Positions 8,471 to 16,870 are shown, counted from the stretch's first letter. The stretch: 18,781 nucleotides of DNA from Microcystaceae cyanobacterium (GCA_041746575.1 JBGTGT010000050.1:1-18781); one strand, 5' to 3'. Notes: generated by a model not told the origin, from the sequence alone. Translations and numbers: made by a program.

Positions 8471-8654
8471 AGGAACAGGCTGCTGTGTTGGTGACTGCCA
8501 ATAACGTTTTTTGATCTATGCTTGTAATAAAAGGGAATTAACAAGATTCTGTGGCAGTAAACCGAGCTTGTACTCGGAAACAGAAACGGAATGCGTTGAC
8601 GCCCACCTGGCTCGTCCAGGTCATAAACTGAGGTAAAACGGCACAGCAGTCTTT
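8471..8654 (+). ncRNA. ssrS: 6S RNA (cyanobacterial 6Sa type)
   Basis: About 185 nt with no ORF. A 14-bp closing stem pairs AGGCUGCUGUGUUG (8477-8490) with CGGCACAGCAGUCU (8639-8652), using 3 G-U pairs. Internal hairpins CCGAG/CUCGG (8562-8577) and ACCUGG/CCAGGU (8605-8621). Canonical promoter directly upstream. The sequence resembles cyanobacterial 6S RNAs from recall; this was not searched. Confidence 0.82.
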
Positions 8655-8756
8655 AAAATTAAATAAATCTAAAAAATTTGCGATTTTTCGTCATCTGTCT
8701 CGGTAAAGGTGTAAGGTAGAAACTAGAGACAGGGTGACTCAAGCGAATAACAGCGT

Positions 8757-10730
8757 ATGAATTTAAGTAGCGATGTGGTCATTATAGGCGGTGGCATCAT
8801 TGGATTAGCGATCGCCGTAGAACTGAGACAGCGAGGAGCATCGGTCACTGTGTTCAGTAGAAATCGGAAGCAAGCCGCTAGTTATGCGGCCGCAGGGATG
8901 TTAGCCCCCCATGCAGAAGGATTAACAGGGAAAATGCGGGAATTATGCTTAAAGTCTCGGTGGCTATATCCTGAATGGACAAACAAATTAACGCAATTGA
9001 CGGGATTAGAGACAGGTTACTACCCCTGTGGTATTTTAGCTCCTGTTTATCAACTGCCAGACTCTCCTTCTCGGCAGATGTCTCAATCGCTCTGGTTAGA
9101 TAAAACGGCAATTCAACTCTATCAACGGGGCTTAGGTTCAGATGTGGTGGGGGGTTGGTGGTATCCTGAAGACGGGCAAGTGGACAATCGTAAAGTGATG
9201 ACAGCCCTAGGGCAAGCGGCGGAGATTTTAGGGGTATCCATTAAAGAAGGGATAGCGGTGACGGCTATTACCCAGAAAGAAAGCAAGATTCACAGCATTT
9301 CTACGTCTCAAGGGGAATTTACTGCATCTGTCTATGTTCTTGCAGGGGGATCGTGGGTGAGTCAACTTTTGCCGCTTCCTGTACGTCCTATTAAGGGGCA
9401 AATGTTAGCATTAAGGATGCCCAATGCTTTAGACCAACCTTTACCCCTACAAAGGGTTCTTTTTGCCCCTCGAACCTACCTTGTTCCCCGTCAAGACGGA
9501 AGATTGATTATTGGGGCAACGGTAGAAGATCAAGGATGGACACCTAACAATACACCTCAAGGCATTCAAACCTTATTGCAACGAGCAATGTGTCTCTATC
9601 CTGCCTTAGGAAATTGGCCAATTGAGGATTATTGGTGGGGATTTCGCCCGAGTACCCCTGATGAATTACCAATTTTAGGGCAAAGTGACTGTGAAAATCT
9701 GATTTTAGCGACAGGACATTATCGTAATGGTATTTTACTTGCTCCTGTAACGGCTCAGTTAATTTCTGATTTAATTAGCGATCGCAAGAATGTTGATCCC
9801 CTACTCGCTCATTTCCGAGCAGATCGATTTTATAAGGCTTCTACTCTAAAAAAAAGCGATATGACGACTTTTAATCCTTCTTCCTCTTTTTCTCTACCTT
9901 TAAGCTCAGAAATCTCTATTCATCCTGAATTGATCCCTGACGATCCCTTAATAATTGGCGGAAAGTCGTTTATTTCACGATTAATGACGGGGACAGGTAA
10001 ATATCCTACGGTTGAAGCAATGCAAAGCAGTGTGGCATTAAGTGGCTGTCAAATTGTCACCGTTGCAGTCAGACGCGTCCAAACGAAAGCTCCCGGTCAC
10101 GAAGGACTAGCAGAAGCGTTAGACTGGTCAAAAATCTGGATGTTACCCAATACGGCTGGTTGTCAAACAGCAGAAGAAGCAATCAGAGTTGCCCGTTTGG
10201 GTCGGGAAATGGCAAAATTATTAGGGCAAGAAGACAATAACTTCGTTAAGCTTGAAGTGATACCTGATGCCAAGTATTTATTACCTGATCCTATTGGAAC
10301 ATTACAGGCCGCCGAACAGTTGGTTAAAGAAGGATTTGCGGTGTTACCCTATATTAATGCTGATCCCCTTTTGGCGAAGCGTTTAGAAGAGATTGGCTGT
10401 GCGACAGTGATGCCACTAGGATCACCGATCGGATCAGGGCAAGGTATCCGTAATAGCGCAAATATTGCCATTATCATTGAAGAAACAAAGATTCCTGTGG
10501 TAGTAGACGCGGGCATTGGCGCACCCAGCGAAGCCGCTACCGCCATGGAAATGGGGGCTGATGCCGTATTAATTAACAGTGCGATCGCTTTAGCTAAAAA
10601 TCCGCCGATGATGGCGCAAGCAATGGGATTAGCGACCAGAGCAGGGCGAATTGCTTATTTAGCGGGTAGAATGCCCTTAAAATCCTATGCCAGTGCCAGT
10701 TCTCCGTTAACAGGTACGGTGAAAAGTTGA
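8757..10730 (+). CDS. thiO/thiG: Fused glycine oxidase ThiO - thiazole synthase ThiG
   Basis: Thi[12 protein letters not shown] motif, [17 protein letters not shown] and [14 protein letters not shown] Ser/Pro-rich linker follows. Thi[43 protein letters not shown] and VDAGIG. Confidence 0.96.
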   Translation: MNLSSDVVIIGGGIIGLAIAVELRQRGASVTVFSRNRKQAASYAAAGMLAPHAEGLTGKMRELCLKSRWLYPEWTNKLTQLTGLETGYYPCGILAPVYQLPDSPSRQMSQSLWLDKTAIQLYQRGLGSDVVGGWWYPEDGQVDNRKVMTALGQAAEILGVSIKEGIAVTAITQKESKIHSISTSQGEFTASVYVLAGGSWVSQLLPLPVRPIKGQMLALRMPNALDQPLPLQRVLFAPRTYLVPRQDGRLIIGATVEDQGWTPNNTPQGIQTLLQRAMCLYPALGNWPIEDYWWGFRPSTPDELPILGQSDCENLILATGHYRNGILLAPVTAQLISDLISDRKNVDPLLAHFRADRFYKASTLKKSDMTTFNPSSSFSLPLSSEISIHPELIPDDPLIIGGKSFISRLMTGTGKYPTVEAMQSSVALSGCQIVTVAVRRVQTKAPGHEGLAEALDWSKIWMLPNTAGCQTAEEAIRVARLGREMAKLLGQEDNNFVKLEVIPDAKYLLPDPIGTLQAAEQLVKEGFAVLPYINADPLLAKRLEEIGCATVMPLGSPIGSGQGIRNSANIAIIIEETKIPVVVDAGIGAPSEAATAMEMGADAVLINSAIALAKNPPMMAQAMGLATRAGRIAYLAGRMPLKSYASASSPLTGTVKS

Positions 10731-10781
10731 TAAAATGATGACTCCCAAACGATTAACCCTAATGAGTTAACCTTAAAAAGA

Positions 10782-10845
10782 AGGAATTGAGGCGATGAAT
10801 TTATCAATTCTCATTGGCAATTATTCCCAATTGTGATCATTTTAA
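10782..10845 (+). pseudogene. Possible decayed GGDEF-motif remnant
   Basis: AGG AAT TGA GGC GAT GAA TTT ATC (A) ATT CTC ATT reads R-N-stop-G-D-E-F-I-(+1 nt)-I-L-I. One substitution (TGA to GGA) and one deletion restore RxGGDEFIIL. Confidence 0.3.
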
Positions 10846-10926
10846 CAGAGGGTCGTTCTATAACGATTAGGATGTCGATGATGCAGTTCAATAAAATCAG
10901 ATTGCCCCTAAAAGGAGAACGACAAA

Positions 10927-11277
10927 ATGGACAACAGAAGAGCGTTTACGCGCCTCAATTGGGATATCGAAGCAGAAATTTTGCAAAATGACTATCTTGA
11001 TAGAGCAGAAGTTTTAGATATTTCCTTGAAAGGGGTTCTCCTCAACAGTCCTTCGTTTTCTGGACAAATGGGAGAATTTTATATAATCACGATGGCGTTA
11101 TCTTCGGAGGTTGTAATAGGGTTTAATGCCCAACTCATTCATCAAGAAAATACCAATTTTGGCTTTAAGTTTGTTTCTCAATCGTTAGATTCTCTCAGTC
11201 ATTTACGTTCTTTATTAGAATTTAATCGAGATGATCCTGATACTATTCAAAATGAACTCTTTTTCTTAAGACAATAA
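10927..11277 (+). CDS. Stand-alone PilZ-domain c-di-GMP-binding protein (PA4608/MapZ-like)
   Basis: RxxxR motif (RRAFTR), DxSxxG motif (DISLKG), GFKF strand and C-terminal LDSLSHLRSLLEFN..ELFFL. Strong SD AAAGGAG at 10911-10917. Confidence 0.88.
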   Translation: MDNRRAFTRLNWDIEAEILQNDYLDRAEVLDISLKGVLLNSPSFSGQMGEFYIITMALSSEVVIGFNAQLIHQENTNFGFKFVSQSLDSLSHLRSLLEFNRDDPDTIQNELFFLRQ

Positions 11278-11300
11278 ATTATTCTACTGTTTTATTGATA

Positions 11301-13637
11301 ATGACAAATGCTCAATGGATCCTAAAGCCCGATCATCCGTTACCTCAATGGTTTTTGGAAGCTGTCAGTCGCTATACGCCTCAATCCGATGGAAAATATC
11401 TCGCTCAAATTCTCTGGCAAAGAGGGATTCAAGATCCTTTAATATTACCTCAATTTCTCGATCCAGATGTCTATCAACCCACCCCCGCGTCTGCTTTTGG
11501 ACAAGAAATGAAGCGTGCCATCCAACGCTTACATCAAGCTTATTCTTTTAAAGAAAAAGTAACCATTTGGGGTGATTTTGATGCTGATGGTGTTACTTCA
11601 ACCAGTGTTTTATGGGAAGGACTTGGACAATTTTTTCCGCAATATTTGCAACTTGATTATTATATTCCTAATCGTTTTACTGAATCTCATGGGTTGAATA
11701 AAATCGGAATTGATCAGTTAGCAGTATCAGGAACACAGCTAATTGTTACTTGTGATACGGGAAGCACAAATCGAGAAGAAATCGAATATGCCACTGCCTT
11801 AGGTATTGATATTATTATCACCGACCATCATACTTTACCTGAAGAGCGTCCGTCTGTTAGGGCAATTATTAATTCTCGTTATTTCGCCGATCATCATCCT
11901 TTATACCATCTATCAGGCGTTGCAGTTGCCTATAAATTAATTGAGGCAATGTACGACGCTTTGCCGGATATTCCACGTCAACCCTTAGAGAGTTTATTAG
12001 ATTTGGTTGCAATTGGATTAATTGCAGATTTAGTCGAATTAAAAGGGGACTGTCGTTACTTAGCACAGCAAGGGATTAAACAATTGCAAAAACAAGCTGA
12101 AAATCCGACTCGTTTTGGGGTACATTATTTATTAGATTTATGTAAGAAAAGTGGCGATCGCGCAACGGATATTTCTTTTGGAATTGGCCCTCGAATCAAT
12201 GCAGTAAGTCGAATTCATGGTAATGCTTATTTTGCGGTTGAACTATTAACTAGCCAAGATGAAAAGCATTGCAAAAAATTAGCGTTTGAAACAGAATTGG
12301 CCAATGCTCGGCGTAAATCGTTACAGAAAAGTGTCACAGAAGATGTTAGAAAAAAGTTAGCGGATCTTGATTTATCAACCACCTTTGTGATCATTTTAGA
12401 GAATGAACAATGGCAAAGTGGTGTATTAGGATTAGTTGCAGGACAAATTGCGCAAGAATATGGTCGCCCTACCATTTTATTAACGACTTCAGATGCGGAA
12501 AATCTAACACAAAATACGATAAAGCTAGCAAGAGGTTCGGCTCGTTCAATTTATCAGATTGATCTTTATCAATTGGTACAATCTCAAAGGCATTTATTAC
12601 ACCGTTTTGGGGGACATCCCTATGCGGCAGGTTTAAGCCTTCCTGTTGAAAATTTACCCCTATTTAAGGAAGGAATTAATCAACAACTCCGCAAGCAAAT
12701 TGGTGAGCTAAATTTATTATGTCCCCAAGTTGAAGCAGATATTAAGGTTACAGTAGCAGAATTAGGTTATTATCTGTTTCGGGAATTAAAGTTATTAGAG
12801 CCTTGTGGTATGGGGAATCCTGTGCCAAAACTTTTAATTGAAAATTGCTGGTTTACTGATGTTTGGAATCGCAATATTGAGGATTTTAAAAGCAAGAAAG
12901 TCCAATATCTAAAGACTACGTTTAAACTTTGGGATAGAACAGTTACAGAGGGATTTTCTGGGGTATGGTGGGGACATTCTAGGGATGAGTTACCTGAAAA
13001 ACAAACTTGTGACATCATTGTTGAGTTAGATTTTAATACTTATAACCAAAAATATGAAGTGCGTTTAGTAGAGATTCGCTTAGCTCAAACCGAGGGAGTC
13101 ACCGTTGGGGCTTCTGCTGTCAATGTGATCGATTGGCGAGCTCAAGAACTTTCAGAAATTGAAGATCAATCCTTACATTTTCTTAATATTTGTCCCATCA
13201 GTTGGAATGATTTACAAAAAGCTTACTATCAAGCCATTAATCAGAATGAGTCGTTAGCGTTAGCCTATTCGCCTGCTTCTCTTTCACCAGAAGAAACATG
13301 GAAAAAATTAGTAGGCATGGCTAAATACTTAAGTCGAACCAGACAACCCATCTTATCTGATAAACTTAAAAATGAATTAGAAATGAGCGATTATACCTTT
13401 AAAATTGCTTTAGACTTTTTGTCGGGTTTGGGGTTTGAATTTCACTTAAATAACCATCTTCTTTCAGTTCAATTTCATCAATCTTCGCAAGGGAATATCG
13501 CATTATTAATGTCTCGTTTTTTGGAAGCTTTAGCAGAGGAAAGATTTCAACAAAATTATTTTTATCAACTTTCCCTTTCAGAGATAAAAACCATACTGGA
13601 TTCTCGTTATTCTCTCGTATCTAGCGATTCCACTTAA
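11301..13637 (+). CDS. recJ: Single-stranded-DNA exonuclease RecJ with long C-terminal extension
   Basis: DHH-family motifs GDFDADG, TCDTG, TDHH, LSGVAVAYKL and GLIADLV; DHHA1 GSARS..FGGHPYAAG; and LEPCGMGNP. The ORF track starts at TTG 11295; ATG 11301 is more likely. Confidence 0.95.
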   Translation: MTNAQWILKPDHPLPQWFLEAVSRYTPQSDGKYLAQILWQRGIQDPLILPQFLDPDVYQPTPASAFGQEMKRAIQRLHQAYSFKEKVTIWGDFDADGVTSTSVLWEGLGQFFPQYLQLDYYIPNRFTESHGLNKIGIDQLAVSGTQLIVTCDTGSTNREEIEYATALGIDIIITDHHTLPEERPSVRAIINSRYFADHHPLYHLSGVAVAYKLIEAMYDALPDIPRQPLESLLDLVAIGLIADLVELKGDCRYLAQQGIKQLQKQAENPTRFGVHYLLDLCKKSGDRATDISFGIGPRINAVSRIHGNAYFAVELLTSQDEKHCKKLAFETELANARRKSLQKSVTEDVRKKLADLDLSTTFVIILENEQWQSGVLGLVAGQIAQEYGRPTILLTTSDAENLTQNTIKLARGSARSIYQIDLYQLVQSQRHLLHRFGGHPYAAGLSLPVENLPLFKEGINQQLRKQIGELNLLCPQVEADIKVTVAELGYYLFRELKLLEPCGMGNPVPKLLIENCWFTDVWNRNIEDFKSKKVQYLKTTFKLWDRTVTEGFSGVWWGHSRDELPEKQTCDIIVELDFNTYNQKYEVRLVEIRLAQTEGVTVGASAVNVIDWRAQELSEIEDQSLHFLNICPISWNDLQKAYYQAINQNESLALAYSPASLSPEETWKKLVGMAKYLSRTRQPILSDKLKNELEMSDYTFKIALDFLSGLGFEFHLNNHLLSVQFHQSSQGNIALLMSRFLEALAEERFQQNYFYQLSLSEIKTILDSRYSLVSSDST

Positions 13638-13898
13638 GACAAATTTCCCCGTAATGCTTTAATTTTAGATGAAAAAATACTTTACCATACTAAGAACTCT
13701 TTAATTTGTGAGCGTCGCTTATTTTGAGCATATGGCAAATTGCAAGTTAATATCATGCACCTCTGGGCGCCAACTTCGCCCTCTTACCATCAATAGGGTA
13801 CTTCATGGTTGATATTAATCAATAATCCCAGCCCCTGAAGACGAGCTTTGCCTCTGTTTCTTTCTATCCTTAATTCTCTGAATCCAAATTTTCCGGAC

Positions 13899-14726
13899 TT
13901 ATTGTCTGACTTCTGCCAAAAATCTATTGAGTTTACCGCTTTGATACCCTTCTAAATCGAGGGTGATGTAAAGAAAGCCAAGGGTTTTGAAGTAATTGAC
14001 AACTTGTTCTAAGTCCACATTCTGGATAAATAGCTTGATTGTTGAGGAAGGCAACTCGATTCTAGCAGTATCTCCTTGAGAACGCACTCTCAGATTATCA
14101 TAGCCTAGTTTTCTTAGGTATATCTCTGCCCGACCTACCCTTTGTAGTTTTTCGAGGGTAATTTCTTCACCGTAAGGAAAACGGGAACTTAAGCAGGGTT
14201 GAGCGGGTTTATTCCACCATGATAAGCCTAATTCTTGAGATAATTGCCGAACTTGGGCTTTACTAAGTCCAACCTCAGCTAGAGGAGACCTCACGCCTCT
14301 TTCTTTCGCCGCTTGAATACCTGGTCGATAATCTTGTAGGTCATCCCCATTCACACCATCTACGATATAAGGATAGCCCCATTGTTGGGCTAATGGTTTG
14401 AGGGTATCGTGGAGTTCACTTTTACAAAAATAACAGCGATCTACAGGATTTGACGTATAATTGGGGTTATTCATTTCCTGTGTTTCAATAATTTGATGAG
14501 GAATGCCAATGACGCTCGCTTGTTCTTCTGCTTCTGCTAATTCTTCGGGTAACAGGGAGGGAGAAACGGCTGTAACGGCTAAACAGCGATCGCCTAAACT
14601 ATCATAAGCGATTTTCGCCACGAGAGTACTATCTACGCCACCAGAATAAGCAATTAGGGCTTTTTCCATACTGACAAAAATAGCTTTTAATTGTTCAAGG
14701 TGAGACGGTAATATTGTTTGAGACAT
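13899..14726 (-). CDS. larE: ATP-dependent sulfur transferase LarE (PP-loop, TIGR00268)
   Basis: AYSGGVDS PP-loop, RCYFCK, DGVNGDDLQDYRPG, SPL, KPAQPCLSSRFPYG, LRVR and LDLEGYQSG. Confidence 0.93.
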   Translation of the reverse strand: MSQTILPSHLEQLKAIFVSMEKALIAYSGGVDSTLVAKIAYDSLGDRCLAVTAVSPSLLPEELAEAEEQASVIGIPHQIIETQEMNNPNYTSNPVDRCYFCKSELHDTLKPLAQQWGYPYIVDGVNGDDLQDYRPGIQAAKERGVRSPLAEVGLSKAQVRQLSQELGLSWWNKPAQPCLSSRFPYGEEITLEKLQRVGRAEIYLRKLGYDNLRVRSQGDTARIELPSSTIKLFIQNVDLEQVVNYFKTLGFLYITLDLEGYQSGKLNRFLAEVRQ

Positions 14727-15543
14727 TATAATTATCTAGACAAAAATAAAGTTAACGGTTGAAAGGATTAAGTGGAATTTTATCATTCGTAACTGGAAAA
14801 CAAAATTGGACATCTAAGGATTGATAGTCAATTCTAGTTTAGCGCAACTGATAAACGATTTAGCTGATCGACTAAAGGCTTTTGGGGGAGAATTGACAAT
14901 AAAATAAACTCAGATTAAGGTCTAAGTTGTCACAATGTGTTGATGGGACTTCCCTAAACAAAATCAATATAAGTGTATTGTTAATTAAAATGACTGAAAA
15001 GTCTGCCAATCTATTTAAGTTTTTTAAATATTTTTTTCTTTTTTACTTCATTTCATCATGATACAGAAACCTCTTTAACAGAGAAAACGAAAGACGACCT
15101 TAAAATGATCTTACCTAAAGGCAAGAATAATCAGTAAAAAAGGAGATTTCTGGCAGAGGAAACCGATATTATTACCTATTTTGCTGATTTTATGTCACTT
15201 GGCAAATCAATATCATCTTTCTCTCAAAAAACATTACCCCCTAATTCTGTTTATGATTTTAGCATTAAGGGTGAAACGCAACCCTTAGGAGAACGAAAAG
15301 GGCATGGGTTTCCTCCAGAAGCAGGGTTAAATCCCATGAAAAGATGACGTGAATCCTTTCATTTTTACGAAATAACACCTAATGTTCTTCTTCCGTGGAA
15401 ATTTTAGTCAAGGCTTCTCCTAATCCCTAGATTGATGTTTTAAAAATTCTTTATGTGAGAAATTTAGCGACAATGTTATTCGTCTCCTTAATTGGGTGAC
15501 GATTAGTGTTCCCTTTAATGACGTTGGCGAAAGTAATGACTGA

Positions 15544-15774
15544 TTTGTCACAGAAATTGCCCTAAAAGTGGCTGAATGTCTGAGACAAAGAATTGCTCAA
15601 TTATCCTTCCCATCTCAAGACAAATTCTCTCAAATTACGATTAGTCTAGAGGTGGATTATTGTCAAAAACAAGATGAGGACTTTTTTCAAATTCTCAAAC
15701 GAGCCAATCAAGCTTTGTCAATCGCAAAAAGGAACGGCTACAATCAAGTTTGCTGTTTAAGCTTTAACGAATGA
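15544..15774 (+). pseudogene. C-terminal fragment of a GGDEF (diguanylate cyclase) domain
   Basis: The frame opens after a TGA at 15541: ALKVAECLRQRI..ITISLEV..ILKRANQALSIAKRNGYNQV. This follows the GGDEF C-terminal consensus (AERLR..TxSIG..AD.ALY.AK..GRN). The GG(D/E)EF motif is absent and several conserved residues are substituted. Confidence 0.8.
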
Positions 15775-15812
15775 GTAGCGTCAGTCGACACAACGCGTAA
15801 ATCGGTGAAGAT

Positions 15813-15828
15813 TTGATAAAATTATCAA
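15813..15828 (+). promoter_or_regulatory. Perfect inverted repeat TTGATAA-AA-TTATCAA overlapping an extended -10 (TGnTAAAAT)
   Basis: 7-2-7 inverted repeat at 15813-15828, with TG at 15814 and TAAAAT at 15817-15822. It ends 27 bp before the ATG at 15856. Confidence 0.5.
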
Positions 15829-15855
15829 CGACGAATCAAAAATAACTGAGGCGTT

Positions 15856-16614
15856 ATGCGCAAATTTTTAACCTTTCTTCTCATCTTTTTATCTCTACCT
15901 ATCCCTTCAAGTCAAGCGGCTGAATTATCCGAAATTCTGAAAAGAGATCGCTTAATCGTTGCTATCAAAGACAATTTACCCCCATTAGGTTACTATAACG
16001 CTCAAGGGCAATTAGTCGGTTTTGAAATTGATATTGCTCAACGCCTCGCAGCAGAAATCCTCGGTGACGCCACTAAAATTCAGCTTCAATCCGTCAAAAA
16101 TCAAGATAGATTACAAGTCGTAATGAATGAGCAAGTAGATATAGCGATCGCTCACATTTCTTTTAGTGAATCTCGCAATCGTCTGGTCGACTTTAGTCCC
16201 TATTATTATCTCAATAGTACGGGAATTATTAGCAAAAATCCAACCCTCAATTTAAGACAATTAACCTCAGCTAAAATTGCCGTTTTATACCACTCCAGTA
16301 CTATTGCTGTCATTAGAGAAGCCTTACCGCAAGCCACCTTAATTGGCGTAAATTCTTATCAAGAAGCCTTAAGTTTATTAGAACAAGACAAAGCGATCGC
16401 TTTCGCTGGCGATAACACTGTTTTAACGGGATGGGTGCAAGAATATCCCCGCTATACCCAATTACCGCTTCAACTCGCAGGAGAAGCCCTTTGTATTGTG
16501 ATGCCAAAAGGGTTACAATATCGCCATCTTCGCACTAAAATCAATGAAATTATTCTTCGTTGGCAACAGTCAGGATGGCTTGAAGAAAGGGCAACCTATT
16601 GGGGACTCCCTTAA
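15856..16614 (+). CDS. Polar amino acid ABC transporter substrate-binding protein (SBP family 3)
   Basis: Signal peptide MRKFLTFLLIFLSLPIPSSQA, then LIVAIKDNLPPLGY, GFEIDIA, RNRLVDFSPYY and AFAGD. Confidence 0.9.
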   Translation: MRKFLTFLLIFLSLPIPSSQAAELSEILKRDRLIVAIKDNLPPLGYYNAQGQLVGFEIDIAQRLAAEILGDATKIQLQSVKNQDRLQVVMNEQVDIAIAHISFSESRNRLVDFSPYYYLNSTGIISKNPTLNLRQLTSAKIAVLYHSSTIAVIREALPQATLIGVNSYQEALSLLEQDKAIAFAGDNTVLTGWVQEYPRYTQLPLQLAGEALCIVMPKGLQYRHLRTKINEIILRWQQSGWLEERATYWGLP

Positions 16615-16635
16615 ACTTATAAATAATAAACTTTA

Positions 16636-16806
16636 ATGATTAACAATAAACGATTCTACCTAACGTTTTTATGTCTCGTTCTTGTTACCATGCTGGGATT
16701 ATATTCTAAACTTTATACCGGTTGGAATCATCCATCGGTCAATAATAACGATTTTATCTTAGGGAAATTTGGGTTGCCACAAATTCTCTTTTTTTCAGCA
16801 AAATGA
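16636..16806 (+). pseudogene. 56-aa ORF missed by the ORF track; probable truncated DUF2809-like membrane protein
   Basis: MINNKRFYLTFLCLVLVTMLGLYSKLYTGWNHPSVNNNDFILGKFGLPQILFFSAK. A hydrophobic helix followed by LGLYSKLYTG..H..VNN resembles the N-terminus of cyanobacterial DUF2809 proteins (from recall). Confidence 0.5.
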
Positions 16807-16826
16807 GATCGAATTTTAGAAAAGAC

Positions 16827-16835
16827 TGCTATAGT
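16827..16835 (+). promoter_or_regulatory. Putative extended -10 promoter (TGcTATAGT) for the HerA-like gene
   Basis: TG-C-TATAGT ends 35 bp upstream of ATG 16871. Confidence 0.45.
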
Positions 16836-16870
16836 GAGCAATAATAGGATAATTCAAGATTGACGCAATA

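Noticed and set aside
8471..8756. TPP riboswitch upstream of thiO-thiG
   Set aside because: The conserved TPP elements (CUGAGA, ACCUGAU, UAAU..GCGUAGG) are not present in the expected arrangement. Length, closing stem and promoter fit 6S RNA better.
8878..10546. Minus-strand ORFs 8878-9111 and 10349-10546
   Set aside because: Antisense shadows of thiO-thiG.
11315..13018. ORFs 11315-11551 (+), 11869-12066, 12227-12475 and 12770-13018 (-)
   Set aside because: Alternate-frame or antisense shadows within recJ, with non-protein-like composition.
13765..13781. GGGCG/CGCCC hairpin between convergent recJ and larE as a terminator or REP-like element
   Set aside because: The stem is only 5 bp, has no U-tract on either side, and occurs once in the window.
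14821..14907. Peptide LIVNSSLAQLINDLADRLKAFGGELTIK, resembling XRE-antitoxin or histidine-kinase C-termini
   Set aside because: Only a short motif-like match, with no supporting upstream domain and an in-frame stop just before it.
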